A stretch of DNA of 32,000 bases from Haloquadratum walsbyi C23 (lineage in GTDB: Archaea > Halobacteriota > Halobacteria > Halobacteriales > Haloferacaceae), in assembly GCF_000237865.1 (NCBI RefSeq), contig NC_017459.1, positions 1,410,001 through 1,442,000 on the forward strand, given 5' to 3'. Positions within the stretch are counted from its first letter, which is position 1, and the number at the start of each line of letters is the position of its first letter. Shown piece by piece: positions 31,959 through 32,000 of the stretch. A model generated the notes under the pieces. The model saw only the letters and a program-made list of their open reading frames with translations. It ran no database searches and was not told the origin of the DNA. The position numbers and the translations under genes are program-made.

Positions 31959-32000
31959 CCGTCGACGGACCGGACACCAATACCACGTTGAGCGGGTCAC

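Overview
Haloarchaeal (class Halobacteria) DNA, most likely an accessory or plasmid-like region. Support: GC-rich coding sequence, strongly acidic predicted proteins, a Tat/lipobox signal on the secreted binding protein, and haloarchaeal-type IS and TnpB remnants. The window has two parts. (1) 0.1-13.7 kb is a mostly minus-strand island. It holds small ORFs, winged-helix regulators, a TumE-like/HVO_A0114-like toxin-antitoxin pair, a DUF6166-like protein, a GmrSD-type (DUF262+DUF1524) type IV restriction enzyme and an XPB helicase-Bax1 nuclease operon. It also carries repeated intergenic elements that the gene models do not explain. One is a T-run plus hairpin element in front of four successive genes. 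Another is a TTAACCAACA/TGTTGGTTAA inverted repeat at two sites that bracket the GmrSD-XPB/Bax1 block, one site with a perfect 21-bp tandem duplication. (2) 14.4-32 kb is a metal-homeostasis island. It holds three intact NikR-family regulators plus one truncated copy, a CbiMNQO-type ECF importer, an operon of two COG0523 GTPases + MoaB + IscU/SufU, and znuA-(small ORF)-znuC-znuB. It is interrupted by an AT-richer segment carrying selO. It is also interrupted by a mosaic of two IS 3-prime fragments, a mazEF module and a second truncated TA pair that destroyed a nikR paralog. No rRNA, tRNA or CRISPR array was recognised. All family names come from reading the translations and remembered family signatures; none was verified by a search. 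The ORF track uses alternative start codons (GTG/TTG shown as M), so several starts were moved to the first plausible ATG.
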